Positions 8,100 to 17,836 of a stretch of 64,000 nt of DNA are shown here, in pieces. Made by a program: the position numbers and the translations under genes. The DNA is from Acidimicrobiia bacterium (lineage in GTDB: Bacteria; Actinomycetota; Acidimicrobiia; Spongiisociales; ZC4RG35). Under the pieces are notes generated by a model, which was given only the letters and a program-made list of their open reading frames with translations, made no database searches and was not told the origin of the DNA. How positions within the stretch are numbered: position 1 is the first letter of the stretch; the number at the start of each line of letters is the position of its first letter. Location of the stretch: NCBI GenBank assembly GCA_041747855.1, contig JBGTEJ010000042.1:321-64320 (forward strand), in the 5' to 3' direction.

Positions 8100-11000
8100 C
8101 TACAGGATCGCCTTGGGGCCCAACAGTTCCTTGAGCTCTGCGATTAGCGCCGAGCGCGGCTCCACTCGATGCTCGTCTCCGAACTTCAACACCTTGGTGT
8201 CGCCATTGTCCGTCATGTGAAGAAACACGGGAACGGTCCCGGGATGATTGGCCAGGATCACGCGAAGTTGCCCGACCACTTCGGGGGTCAGTCTCGACGC
8301 CGGTGATGCGAGACGTATCGATGCGTCGTCCCGGACCTCCAGCTCCCGAACCTCTCGGACCATCACCTTGATGTCGTCACCGCGGTGGTCGAGATGTCCC
8401 GAGACGATCAACATCGCATCGTCGACGATGAGCGCCCCGTACTCGTGGACTGTCTTGGGGAATGCGATGCACTCCACAGTCCCCTCCAGGTCCTCGAGTC
8501 CAAAGATCACCATCGGCTCTCCAGCCTTCGTCCACCGCTGCTGTCGGGACGCCACGAGTCCACCCAGAACCAGGGAAGTCCGGTCAGCCAGATCGTGCAG
8601 TTCGCTCATACGGTTCGTGGTGGCTGCCGCTAGGGCGGTGTTCACCGCGAGCAATGGATGATCGGAGACGTAGAGTCCCAGCATCTCCTTCTCGAATCCG
8701 AGCTTGATCTTGGAGGGCCATTCCTGGTGCGGAATCTCGAAATCGGACTGCTGGGTGGCTGGATCGTCGTCTGAGAACAGCGAGTACTGACCCATGTCCT
8801 CGTTACGCCGTCGGGTTACGACAGCCTCCAGGGCATCTTCGTAGGTGAGGGCGAGACCCTTGCGTGGATGCCCGAGCGCATCGAAAGCGCCACCCTTGAT
8901 CAGCGCCTCGACCGTGCGCCGGTTGAGCACCGAGACATCGACCCGGTCGATGAAATCTGCGAACGACTTATACGGTTCGTCTTCGCGGGCCGCCACGATC
9001 TTCTCGACCACGCCCTCCCCGACGTTTCGAATCGCCGAGAGGCCAAATCTGATCCTGCCTTCGTGAACCGTGAAGTCAGTCTCCGATTCGTTCACATCGG
9101 GGACCATCACTTCGATTCCCGTTTGTCGGCACTCGCTGAGGTAGACCGCGGTCTTGTCCTTGTTGGTCTTGGTGGCGGTGAGCATGGCGGCGAGCAGTTC
9201 GGCCGGGTAGTGCGCTTTAAGAAAGGCCGTCTGGTAAGCCACCAGTCCGTATGCGGCGGCATGACTCTTGTTGAACCCGTAACCCGAGAAGTGCTCGATG
9301 AGTTTGAAGATCTCCCTACCCACCACCTCGGGATGGCCCTGGGAGATGCAACCGTCGACGAACTGCTGCTCCTCGGCGGCCATCACCTCGGGAATCTTCT
9401 TCCCCATGGCCTTACGGAGATTCTCACCGTCGGCGAGGGAGTATCCGGCCATCTCTTGGGCGACCATGAGCACTTGCTCCTGATACACCATGATCTGATA
9501 GGTGTCGGCGAGTTTCTCTGAGACCGCCGGGTGGATGTGGGTTATCTCGGCGCGTCCGTTCTTACGATCGGCGTACAGATTGTGCATGTTCGCCCCCATC
9601 GGCCCCGGTCGGTAAAGGGCAACCAGAGCGATCACATCGTTGAAGCTGTCCGGCACCAACGACCGAATCAACGCCCTCATGTTGGTGCCCTCCATCTGGA
9701 ACACGCCGATGGTGCTCCCCGATGAGAGAAGACGGAAGGTCTTCTCGTCATCGAGCGGAACGTTGTCGATGTCGATTCGCTCCCCTGTGCTCAACTCGAT
9801 CAGTTCGAGACAACGGTCGATGACTGAGAGCGTTCGCAGGCCGAGGAAGTCCATCTTCAGGAGACCGAGGTCCTCGATGGCGTGCATCTCGAACTGGGTC
9901 ACGGTCTCGGCATCATCGCCCTTCCTCTGGACTGGGATGATCCGGGTCAAGGGCTCTGGTGCAATCACAACCGCCGCGGCGTGTATCGAGTCCTGACGTC
10001 GCAGACCTTCGAGCCCACGGGCCGCGTCAACCACCTCCTTGACCCCGGGATCGGCCTCGTACATCTCCCTGAGACCCTGCGCATTGGCGTACCAATCGCG
10101 CAGTTCGGAATCGGCGTTCCTCGGCGGTGCAACCAAGACCTGATCGAGTGTCGGATCACGACCCAGGATCGAAGGAGGCATCGCCTTGGCCACCCGGTCA
10201 CCGAGGGAGTAGGGGTGGCCCAACACCCTGGCAGCATCACGGATCGCCTGCTTCCCCTTGATAGTCGCAAATGTGATGATCTGGGCGACCCGATCCTGAC
10301 CGTACTTCTCGGCCGCATAGCGAATCACATCGGAGCGATAACGCTCGTCGAAGTCCATGTCGATGTCGGGCATCTGCTTGCGACCCGGGTTCAGGAAACG
10401 CTCGAAGATGAGCCCGTACGCCAGAGGGTCGATGTCGGTGATACGAAGGCAGTACGAGACGATCGAGCCGGCGGCGGAACCCCTCCCCGGACCGACACGG
10501 ATCCCGTTCTCCCGGGCGTATCGGATGAGATCCCAGACGATGAGGAAGTAGGCGGGAAAGCCCATGTCCTCGATGATCTTGAGTTCGTACTCGACCCGTT
10601 CGGAGACCTGGTGTTGGTCTCCATAACGCTCCCTGGCACCGGCCTCGACCAACTTCCGGAGATAAGTGACCTCCGTCTCACCCGGGGGGACCGGGAACTG
10701 GGGCAGGAGGATGCGCCCGAACTCCATCTCGACTTCGGCGCGTTCGGCTATCCACAGTGTGTTGTCGCAGGCTCCGGGAAAGTCCGATTCGGGGAACAAT
10801 CCCCTCATCTCGGCTGCCGTCTTGAGGTAGTGCTCTGTCCCGTGAAAGCGGAGCCGGCCCGGGTCGGTTCGCAGCTTCCCGGTCTGGATGCACAGCAGGA
10901 TGTCATGAGTGTCGTGCTCCTCCCGGCGGGTGTAATGGGAGTCGTTGGTGGCGAGGAGTGGAGCATCGATACGACGTGAGATGTCGATCAGGTCTCCCAT

Positions 11001-11591
11001 GATCCGACGCTGAGCGTCCATGCCGTGATCCTGGAGCTCGATGAAGAAGTTGTCCCGGCCCAGGATGTCCTGGAACCGTCCTGCCGCCTTCAAAGCGGCG
11101 TCGAAGTCGCGGACCGTGCCCTTGTTGCCCTCCTCGCTGTGGGCATCAGGTGCCAGCAACTGAGGCACCATGCCCCCGAGACACCCGGAGGTGGCGATGA
11201 TCCCCTCGGCATGCTGGGCCAACAGATCGAAGTCGACCCGTGGCTTCCGGTAGTACCCCTCCATGAAGGCCTTGGAGGAGATCTGAAGGAGATTCCGGTA
11301 TCCGGTCTGGTTCTCGGCCAGGAGGATGGTGTGGAAGAGACGGTCGTCAGCCATCCGGGGCCGGTCGAATCGGGACAGGTCGGTGAAGTAGGCCTCCATG
11401 CCGACGATGGGTTTGATGTCATGCTCCCTGGCGGTCTTGATGAACTCCACCGCCCCATACAGATTGCCGTGATCTGTGATCGCGATCGCAGGTTGCCCGT
11501 CGGCGGCGGCGGCCGCCACGACATCCTTGATCCGTGCGGCACCGTCGAGAAGTGAGTACTCGGTGTGCAGGTGGAGATGGGAGAAAGACAC
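8100..11591 (-). CDS. dnaE: DNA polymerase III alpha subunit
   Basis: 1163 aa. The PHP domain begins MSFSHLHLHTEYSLLDGA, and the polymerase core reads GPGRGSAAGS...PDIDMDF. GTG start. Confidence 0.96.
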   Translation of the reverse strand: MSFSHLHLHTEYSLLDGAARIKDVVAAAAADGQPAIAITDHGNLYGAVEFIKTAREHDIKPIVGMEAYFTDLSRFDRPRMADDRLFHTILLAENQTGYRNLLQISSKAFMEGYYRKPRVDFDLLAQHAEGIIATSGCLGGMVPQLLAPDAHSEEGNKGTVRDFDAALKAAGRFQDILGRDNFFIELQDHGMDAQRRIMGDLIDISRRIDAPLLATNDSHYTRREEHDTHDILLCIQTGKLRTDPGRLRFHGTEHYLKTAAEMRGLFPESDFPGACDNTLWIAERAEVEMEFGRILLPQFPVPPGETEVTYLRKLVEAGARERYGDQHQVSERVEYELKIIEDMGFPAYFLIVWDLIRYARENGIRVGPGRGSAAGSIVSYCLRITDIDPLAYGLIFERFLNPGRKQMPDIDMDFDERYRSDVIRYAAEKYGQDRVAQIITFATIKGKQAIRDAARVLGHPYSLGDRVAKAMPPSILGRDPTLDQVLVAPPRNADSELRDWYANAQGLREMYEADPGVKEVVDAARGLEGLRRQDSIHAAAVVIAPEPLTRIIPVQRKGDDAETVTQFEMHAIEDLGLLKMDFLGLRTLSVIDRCLELIELSTGERIDIDNVPLDDEKTFRLLSSGSTIGVFQMEGTNMRALIRSLVPDSFNDVIALVALYRPGPMGANMHNLYADRKNGRAEITHIHPAVSEKLADTYQIMVYQEQVLMVAQEMAGYSLADGENLRKAMGKKIPEVMAAEEQQFVDGCISQGHPEVVGREIFKLIEHFSGYGFNKSHAAAYGLVAYQTAFLKAHYPAELLAAMLTATKTNKDKTAVYLSECRQTGIEVMVPDVNESETDFTVHEGRIRFGLSAIRNVGEGVVEKIVAAREDEPYKSFADFIDRVDVSVLNRRTVEALIKGGAFDALGHPRKGLALTYEDALEAVVTRRRNEDMGQYSLFSDDDPATQQSDFEIPHQEWPSKIKLGFEKEMLGLYVSDHPLLAVNTALAAATTNRMSELHDLADRTSLVLGGLVASRQQRWTKAGEPMVIFGLEDLEGTVECIAFPKTVHEYGALIVDDAMLIVSGHLDHRGDDIKVMVREVRELEVRDDASIRLASPASRLTPEVVGQLRVILANHPGTVPVFLHMTDNGDTKVLKFGDEHRVEPRSALIAELKELLGPKAIL

Positions 11592-11772
11592 TGTTCGGGA
11601 GGCTCGACTTAGTTACAGACGTGTAGTTCTCGAATCTAACACTGTGGTCAAGCACCGGCCAGAGCGCGAAACCGATACCTAAATTGGGGCCGTTTCCCTG
11701 CCGATACCCAACCGCAGTTGATAGGTAGCACCCCCCTAGCTAGCCTCTGCGACCGGACCTGAGGAAGGTGCA

Positions 11773-14700
11773 ATGACCGGACAACGATTGCGGACATGGC
11801 TCATCCCGGCACTGGCCACTCTCCTGGTTGGCGGTCTCCTCGGCTGGGTGGTGGAACGACCCGCTGCTTCAGTGGAAACACGGACTTCGCTGGGGATAGC
11901 GGGGGTCGTTGTCTCCTTGAGCCGACCGGGCGGTGTCGAGGGTGCGGTGATGGCAGGCTTTCCGACTCCCCTCGATGTTGAAGTCATCTCGGCCGCTCCG
12001 GTGACTGAAATCGAACTGCGTGCCGGTGCCACAGTCATCGACAGAGTCATCCTCGACGAGCCACTTTCAGCCTTCACCGCAACGCTCCGCTGGGCACCTG
12101 ACGAAGGTCTGCATGTACTCACCGCCCAGGTCTTCACAACCGATGGCCGTTCCGGATACTCCAACCCACTCAACCTGTTCGCCACCGACATCGCCGACGG
12201 GCTTTACGCATTGGTCGAAGCCACCGCAGAGGATGGGGACACCCTCGACTCCATTGCAACGGCTTTCCAGGTCGAGGTTGGACACCTCGAAGCCACCAAC
12301 GAGGGCATGGCGCGAGACCAGCCAATCCCAGCGGGCACCACGGTGCAAGTGCCGATCGTGTTTGCCGACCTTCCGGCCGGGACTGCGACCGGCTCACCGT
12401 TCCCATCCGAAGTCCAGGCACTTCTCGATGAGGCAGGACCGGAACCCACAGAGACGCCGCCACTCCCCGACTCGGTGGTCGCCTCCGATCAACCTTCGAT
12501 GGATGTAGAAGTCTCGGTCGCCGGTTGCGTGGCCACTGTGGAGTTCGACACCGACGGGCTCGAGGGAGATGTCGGTTTGGTTCGTATTCACCAACCATCC
12601 CCCAACCGGATTCCTGTCGATCTTGAGATGGACGGCTCCATGGCCAAGGCTTCTCACCCTCTCGGTGCTGGTGTCTACGACTACCTCGTCGAGTTGACGA
12701 CGGGTGGCTCCCGACGTCTCGTCGGTTCCGCCAGGGCATTCATCGAAGAGCCCTGCGGTGGGACATGGACCGGGCCGGGGAAGATCGTCGATGGAGTCCT
12801 CTTCCTCGACGATGAGACCATCCAGGCTGCATACGTCTACCTGTCCACCGGGGAAGACCGCTGGGGCAGAGCACCGGGCACCGACCAGACAGCCGTGCCT
12901 CGGGGAAACCGGGGCGGTTTCGATCTCAACGGCCATCTCCCCTATCTGGGCGACGGAACTCTGGACGTCGAAGTCTGGGGTTGGGGCCTGGAAGGTCTTC
13001 AATTGGTGGGCAACCTGGAGTTCCAACCGGCACCGGGAGTCGACACCTCCGATGCCCTGGGTGGGGGAAGGGTCACGCTTTGGTGGATCGAGAATGCCAA
13101 CGGTCGCTCGGAGGACAACCTCGACATATCTGAGGGGCTCGTCACTTCAGGTCTGGTGACCGATCACGCCACCACCCTCTCTTTCCGATGGGCCTCTGGA
13201 ATCAAGCCAGTTACCCACGTTGTTTGGCAGGTCTTCCCCGACGCACCACCTTCGGATCCGTCCAAGATTGCACCTGCCGGAGTCCTGGTCCAGGGAACTT
13301 CCGAAAACGAAACCCCGGGTGTGCCGGGGGCCGTGTTCACAGTAGATCTCGCCGCATTGATGGCCCCCTGGTATCAGACCGCAGAGGTCTATACCCCAAG
13401 TGCCGCCGAGGTGACGACCGGCACCACCTCCCCACATTCACCGGTCCTCCAGAACCTCAACATCACCACCCATGATGAGGCGGCAGAGGCCGCTGGTGGA
13501 GTTGCCGGCCCGGCGAACTATCTCCTTTGGGGTGGTTCGTCCGCCAACCAGGTTCCGAGCCTCGACATCCCACTATCCCCCGACTACGACGCCATAGCCC
13601 AAGCAGCCGGTGGGAAGTCGATCAATGTCGAAGGTCTCGGCACCATCAAGGTGTCACCCCCAAAACCGACTTCCCTCTTCGTCAGGGCGATCGCCTTCTC
13701 CGGCGACCAGTACCTGGGGGTCGCATCCAACTACGTGAACATCCTGCTCGAGGAGGTACTCGTCATCGAGGACTTGACCCCGCAGCAGGGGTCCTACGAG
13801 CTCGAGATCGAGGTGGAACCACTGTTCGCTGCTGACCTGAGCAAGGAGTATTGCGTCGACATCGTCGGCTGGGACTCCGAGGCCATCCTTGCCAACTATG
13901 ACGACCCTGCATGGCAAAACGCCTGGGCGCGCTGGGCCTGGTACTTCGAGAAGATGGGTCAGGACTCCCCGATCTGCGCAGGATGCTTCGTCTTCGATGG
14001 CAACCAGGGTTTCAAGATCGGGCATCAGGAGTGCTCGTGGGAGGACAGCTGTCCGACGGGACTCGGGCCCTTCTGCGACTTCGTCGACATGGCCATCGCG
14101 ATCTACGACTGGGGTGTCAACGCATTCAACGACGTCAAAGGGTGGGTGGTCGACGTGGTAGTCGCCATCAGCGGGTGCAAACATGTCGGAGGGGTTTTCA
14201 GTAGCGACAAGGAGGGCGTCGCCAAGGTCTGCGACGGTATCGCAGCCGTGGCAGTCAACGTCGCCCTCATGTATCTGGGCATTCCCCCAAGCTTCCCATC
14301 TTCCGAGGAGTTGATCGCAACGGCCAAAGGAGACGTGGAACAATGGCTGGTCAGCATGGCCGAGCAATACGGGGTCCCATGCGACGAGCTGTCCACTCTC
14401 GACGAGTTCGTGGATCTAAAGGGATACACCTGTGAGGAGATGGCCAACTACATCGTCGAGCAGTCAATCGAGGCCATCGCCAGCTCGTTCACATCCCAAG
14501 CGCAAGCGGGCCTCAACTTCCCCGCCGGGTACGTGGTAGCCCCCTCGGCCGCTGGCAGGCTCTCGCCGGCCACAGTGGAAGTCACGGTTCGGACCACGGA
14601 GAATTCCCCGGCCCATCTCACCATGTGCCCCGCCAACCTCCAGCTTTGGACTTCGTGGAAACCCAAGATCGCCCCACCCTTTAGCCCGCAGCCACCCGGG

Positions 14701-15099
14701 CAAGCAGGCTTCTGGGCCAACTTCAAAGCACCGTCTGCGGGACCCGCCGGGTCACTGGTCTACTCACTGGTGCCCTGGGGGAACTACACCGGCACCCCCT
14801 TCCAGCCGGTGACTTTCATGCTCCCCCAACCCGATTCCGCCCGAGCCGGCAACGAGGCAACGGTCACAGTCAACCTCGGAGTCGCAAACGAGTACACCAC
14901 CGCCATGCTGTGGAGCGGCAGGCCACACAGCGCCTACATCAGCGGCTTCGAGTGGCGTGCTTCGGACATCAACAGGGCGCATCTCATCGGTCACACCGGA
15001 GCCTCCGTCCACGCCTGGGTGTCGAGCTCATGTGCGGGTTTCGCCGGCGACGACTCGATCGTTCTACCACACGGATTCTGGTCGTTATGGGACCAATAG
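11773..15099 (+). CDS. large membrane-anchored surface protein: N-terminal TM, Ig-like domain, LysM domain, long uncharacterised region, Cys-rich C-terminal third
   Basis: SD GAGGAAGG lies upstream of ATG 11773. The TM segment is WLIPALATLLVGGLLGWVV. An Ig-like pattern W-x-P-x-x-G-x-H-x-L-x-A is present. LysM at about 12205-12354 reads DGDTLDSIATAFQVEVGHLEATNEGM...IPAGTTVQVP. There are 14 Cys, 12 of them after about nt 13840. Confidence 0.75.
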   Translation: MTGQRLRTWLIPALATLLVGGLLGWVVERPAASVETRTSLGIAGVVVSLSRPGGVEGAVMAGFPTPLDVEVISAAPVTEIELRAGATVIDRVILDEPLSAFTATLRWAPDEGLHVLTAQVFTTDGRSGYSNPLNLFATDIADGLYALVEATAEDGDTLDSIATAFQVEVGHLEATNEGMARDQPIPAGTTVQVPIVFADLPAGTATGSPFPSEVQALLDEAGPEPTETPPLPDSVVASDQPSMDVEVSVAGCVATVEFDTDGLEGDVGLVRIHQPSPNRIPVDLEMDGSMAKASHPLGAGVYDYLVELTTGGSRRLVGSARAFIEEPCGGTWTGPGKIVDGVLFLDDETIQAAYVYLSTGEDRWGRAPGTDQTAVPRGNRGGFDLNGHLPYLGDGTLDVEVWGWGLEGLQLVGNLEFQPAPGVDTSDALGGGRVTLWWIENANGRSEDNLDISEGLVTSGLVTDHATTLSFRWASGIKPVTHVVWQVFPDAPPSDPSKIAPAGVLVQGTSENETPGVPGAVFTVDLAALMAPWYQTAEVYTPSAAEVTTGTTSPHSPVLQNLNITTHDEAAEAAGGVAGPANYLLWGGSSANQVPSLDIPLSPDYDAIAQAAGGKSINVEGLGTIKVSPPKPTSLFVRAIAFSGDQYLGVASNYVNILLEEVLVIEDLTPQQGSYELEIEVEPLFAADLSKEYCVDIVGWDSEAILANYDDPAWQNAWARWAWYFEKMGQDSPICAGCFVFDGNQGFKIGHQECSWEDSCPTGLGPFCDFVDMAIAIYDWGVNAFNDVKGWVVDVVVAISGCKHVGGVFSSDKEGVAKVCDGIAAVAVNVALMYLGIPPSFPSSEELIATAKGDVEQWLVSMAEQYGVPCDELSTLDEFVDLKGYTCEEMANYIVEQSIEAIASSFTSQAQAGLNFPAGYVVAPSAAGRLSPATVEVTVRTTENSPAHLTMCPANLQLWTSWKPKIAPPFSPQPPGQAGFWANFKAPSAGPAGSLVYSLVPWGNYTGTPFQPVTFMLPQPDSARAGNEATVTVNLGVANEYTTAMLWSGRPHSAYISGFEWRASDINRAHLIGHTGASVHAWVSSSCAGFAGDDSIVLPHGFWSLWDQ

Positions 15100-15965
15100 C
15101 GATAGCAATACGCGTCGTCTCGGCCCTGTTACTCGGTGTCGGAGGGTTCCTCCTGGTCAGAGCGATCACCAATCCCGAACCGGTCGCACTGGCCGACTCC
15201 GGGTCAGCAGCCTGGATCGACGCACCACTAGATGGAACCGAACTGACGCCAGCTGCGGTTCATGTGACCGGGCATGGGACCGACCCTTCCGGTGTGGTCA
15301 GGCTGACACTCCTGATAGACGGGACCCCGTCACAGAGCCTGGACACTTCCGGGGCAGCCATCGAGACGGGACACTTCGCGTGGCAGGCAACGCCCGGGAC
15401 CCATCAGCTGGTGCTCCTCTCCCTGGGGGCTTCAGGAACCGAGGCGTCATCGGCGCCAATCGTCATCACCGTCCTCGACCGGATGCCCGAAATCGAAGAT
15501 CCCACCACCACCCAACCTGAAGTGACCACCACCACATCACTCGACGGGACCACGACGACGGTGCCGCCCACCACCACGCCGACAACCACACCTCCGACAA
15601 CCACACCGCCGTCAACCAGCCCGCCCACCACCTCACCGCCGTCAACCAGCCCGCCCACCACCACCTGTCCGCTTTCCGCTCCCACCTTGGTCAGTCCCCC
15701 GGATGGATTCGTCACCTCTCCATTCGTCCCGGCCCCACCCCTCACCTGGTCCTACAACGGCTGTCCAGTGAACCAGTTCGTCATCGAACTGGCCCGCAAC
15801 AACACCTTCACCGAGGGGCTACAGACCCAGACCTTCCCGTCCTCCACCTTCGAATGGAACGTGGTGAACGGCCTGGCTCAGGGCCAGTGGTACTGGAGAG
15901 TTCGAGGGTTCAACAGGCCTATGACGGGCCCTTGGTCTTCTACCTGGGGCTTCATCAAGGGTTGA
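15087..15965 (+). CDS. membrane-anchored Ig-like / Pro-Thr-linker / C-terminal beta-rich domain protein
   Basis: ATG 15087 overlaps the stop of the previous gene by 13 nt. The TM segment is IAIAIRVVSALLLGVGGFLLV. The Ig-like region is WQATPGTHQLVLLSL. The PT linker spans 15501-15665. The C-terminal domain ends GQWYWRVRGFN. Confidence 0.65.
   Translation: MGPIAIAIRVVSALLLGVGGFLLVRAITNPEPVALADSGSAAWIDAPLDGTELTPAAVHVTGHGTDPSGVVRLTLLIDGTPSQSLDTSGAAIETGHFAWQATPGTHQLVLLSLGASGTEASSAPIVITVLDRMPEIEDPTTTQPEVTTTTSLDGTTTTVPPTTTPTTTPPTTTPPSTSPPTTSPPSTSPPTTTCPLSAPTLVSPPDGFVTSPFVPAPPLTWSYNGCPVNQFVIELARNNTFTEGLQTQTFPSSTFEWNVVNGLAQGQWYWRVRGFNRPMTGPWSSTWGFIKG
15604..15663 (+). repeat. two tandem copies of a 30-nt unit inside the Pro-Thr linker
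   Basis: The units caccgccgtcaaccagcccgcccaccacct and caccgccgtcaaccagcccgcccaccacca are identical at 29 of 30 positions. They encode PPSTSPPTTS/PPSTSPPTTT. Confidence 0.9.
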
Positions 15966-16001
15966 GCTGGTCGACTGAGACAACTCCTGTCCCGCGTGGG
16001 A

Positions 16002-16880
16002 TCAGATCAGCACGAGAATGGCGGCAAGGGCGGCTACTGCGAACGCCGCCAGAGCCCGCACCTGCGTGGCGTTGGGGCCCTTGATGCGGGACCAAATCTC
16101 ACCGATCACGAATCCGGTCATCAGACCCCCGAGGTGTGCCTCCCAAGCGATACCCGGGATCAGGAACGGGATGGCCGCGTTCACCGCCAACAGAAAACCG
16201 ATCTGGCGGAGAAGGGCCCGTCCGGACATGGTGTTCCGGCGTCGGACTGCCCAGTTCAGCCAGATTCCGAAAAGACCGAAGATGGCACCCGAAGCTCCTA
16301 CCGCCAGGGAGACGGGGTCGCCGAGGTAGAAGAAGAAGACTCCACCCATTCCCGCCGATGCCAGGTAGAGCCCCACAAACGGCCAGGTCCCGACACCACG
16401 TTCCACTTGTGGACCGAGAACCCAAAGCGCCCACATGTTGAAGAGGATGTGCATGAGGGAGGCGTGCAAGAGAACAGGTGTGAAGATTCGCCACCACTCC
16501 CCTGCGGCCACTGCGTTGTTCGCCTGGGCCAATGCCGAGAACAGCTCGGTCCTGAGGGATGGCGAGAGCGAGCCCACGAAGAAGGCCACCGCGACGGCGA
16601 TGAAGAGTCGGGTTGCGGGTGGGGCGAGATTTCGACTTCTGGGCCCGGTGGGTATCACCTTTTGGGTCCCCTCGCTGCGGATGCAGTCGGGACAACGCTG
16701 CCCAACGGTGGCGTCGATCGAACAGGCAGCACATATCGGTTTGTCGCACCGGCTACAAGTCAGGAGGGTGTGACGTTCCGGGTGTCGGTAGCAAACCGGG
16801 GCGGTCGTGTGCTCTGTGGTTGGATCCTGGGTCACTCTCCTACGGTAATCCCTTCCGGTGCAAAGGCCCTGAGCCACCAT
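16002..16880 (-). CDS. rhomboid family intramembrane serine protease with N-terminal zinc ribbon
   Basis: Zinc ribbon CYRHPERHTLLTCSRCDKPICAACS...CPDC. Rhomboid motifs are HASLMHILFNMWALWVLG, catalytic GASGAIFG, and His in EAHLGGLMTG. Confidence 0.88.
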   Translation of the reverse strand: MVAQGLCTGRDYRRRVTQDPTTEHTTAPVCYRHPERHTLLTCSRCDKPICAACSIDATVGQRCPDCIRSEGTQKVIPTGPRSRNLAPPATRLFIAVAVAFFVGSLSPSLRTELFSALAQANNAVAAGEWWRIFTPVLLHASLMHILFNMWALWVLGPQVERGVGTWPFVGLYLASAGMGGVFFFYLGDPVSLAVGASGAIFGLFGIWLNWAVRRRNTMSGRALLRQIGFLLAVNAAIPFLIPGIAWEAHLGGLMTGFVIGEIWSRIKGPNATQVRALAAFAVAALAAILVLI

Positions 16881-16906
16881 GACCTCACCTGGCCCGCCAC
16901 GAGATG

Positions 16907-17836
16907 TCAGGGCGGCACGAGGTCTCCCAGCACCCCTCTCAAATCATCAGGGAGGGGACTCGAGACCGTTGTCGGGACCTCGGTGCGGGGATGGGCGAAT
17001 GTGACCTGTGCTGCGTGGAGAAAGATTCGAGGGGAGGTGAACCTGCGTGGTCTGAAGCCGTAGACGGGATCACCCACCACTGGGTGGCCGACGGCATCGA
17101 GGTGGACCCGAATCTGATGGGTTCTGCCGGTTTCCAGATTCACCTCGAGCAGAGTGCAATCCTGGGAAGCGAAGCTCTCCAACACCTGGTAGTGGGTCCT
17201 TGCCGGTTTCCCGTCGCGGCTGACTGCTCGCAGCATGGGGCGGGCGGGGTCCCGACCGATCGGGGCATCTATCGTCCCGGTGGCTGCCTCGAATATCCCA
17301 TGAGCCAGGGCTGTGTAAACACGCTTGATCTCACGTCTCTTCAGTCGTTGCTGCAGGATCTCGAGTGACCGGACCGTCCGGGCCACGATCAGAACTCCAG
17401 ATGTATCCTTGTCCAGACGGTGGACAAGTCCCCAGCGACCCGGATCGCCGACACTCTCCAGCTCGGGGAACCGGTAAAGGAGACCTGCCGCAAGAGTTCC
17501 ACCCACCCGTCCCGCGCCCGGATGCACTACCACGCCCGCCGGTTTGTCGACCACGATCACCTCAGTGTCCTCGTATAGGACCTCGAATTCGACAGGCTCA
17601 GCACGCGCTTCAACCGGCGAGTAGGGCTGTGGCGAGGACAAAATGGACCCTTGGGTCACCCTGTCTGAGCTCCTGGCGTGCACACCGTTGATGGTGACAC
17701 CCCGCTCGACCAGTCCTGAAGAGACCCCACGACTAACCCCCATCAGTAACGCCAGGGCCTTGTCGAGACGAGTCCCGTCGAGTTCTGGGGGGACTATGAA
17801 CTCGCTCGCTGGGTCTCGGGCTTCCTGGTCCGCCAT
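16907..17836 (-). CDS. rluD: RluA-family 23S rRNA pseudouridine synthase (RluD-like)
   Basis: S4 domain at the N-terminus. Catalytic HRLDKDTSGVLIVAR, and KTYxAL-type RVYTALAHG. Confidence 0.9.
   Translation of the reverse strand: MADQEARDPASEFIVPPELDGTRLDKALALLMGVSRGVSSGLVERGVTINGVHARSSDRVTQGSILSSPQPYSPVEARAEPVEFEVLYEDTEVIVVDKPAGVVVHPGAGRVGGTLAAGLLYRFPELESVGDPGRWGLVHRLDKDTSGVLIVARTVRSLEILQQRLKRREIKRVYTALAHGIFEAATGTIDAPIGRDPARPMLRAVSRDGKPARTHYQVLESFASQDCTLLEVNLETGRTHQIRVHLDAVGHPVVGDPVYGFRPRRFTSPRIFLHAAQVTFAHPRTEVPTTVSSPLPDDLRGVLGDLVPP

Noticed and set aside
9882-10979. Long antisense or alternate-frame ORFs inside confirmed genes. Examples: 463-1215(+), 9882-10979(+), 12394-13026(-), 13654-14367(-), 19106-19870(-), 32838-33809(-), 41244-42206(-), 44162-44956(-), 51939-52823(+), 55595-56335(+), 57209-58030(+), 59261-59965(+).
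   Set aside because: These are typical high-GC shadow ORFs. They have Arg/Pro/Gly/His-rich translations, no motifs and no SD, and each is fully embedded in a gene with strong family signatures on the other strand or frame.
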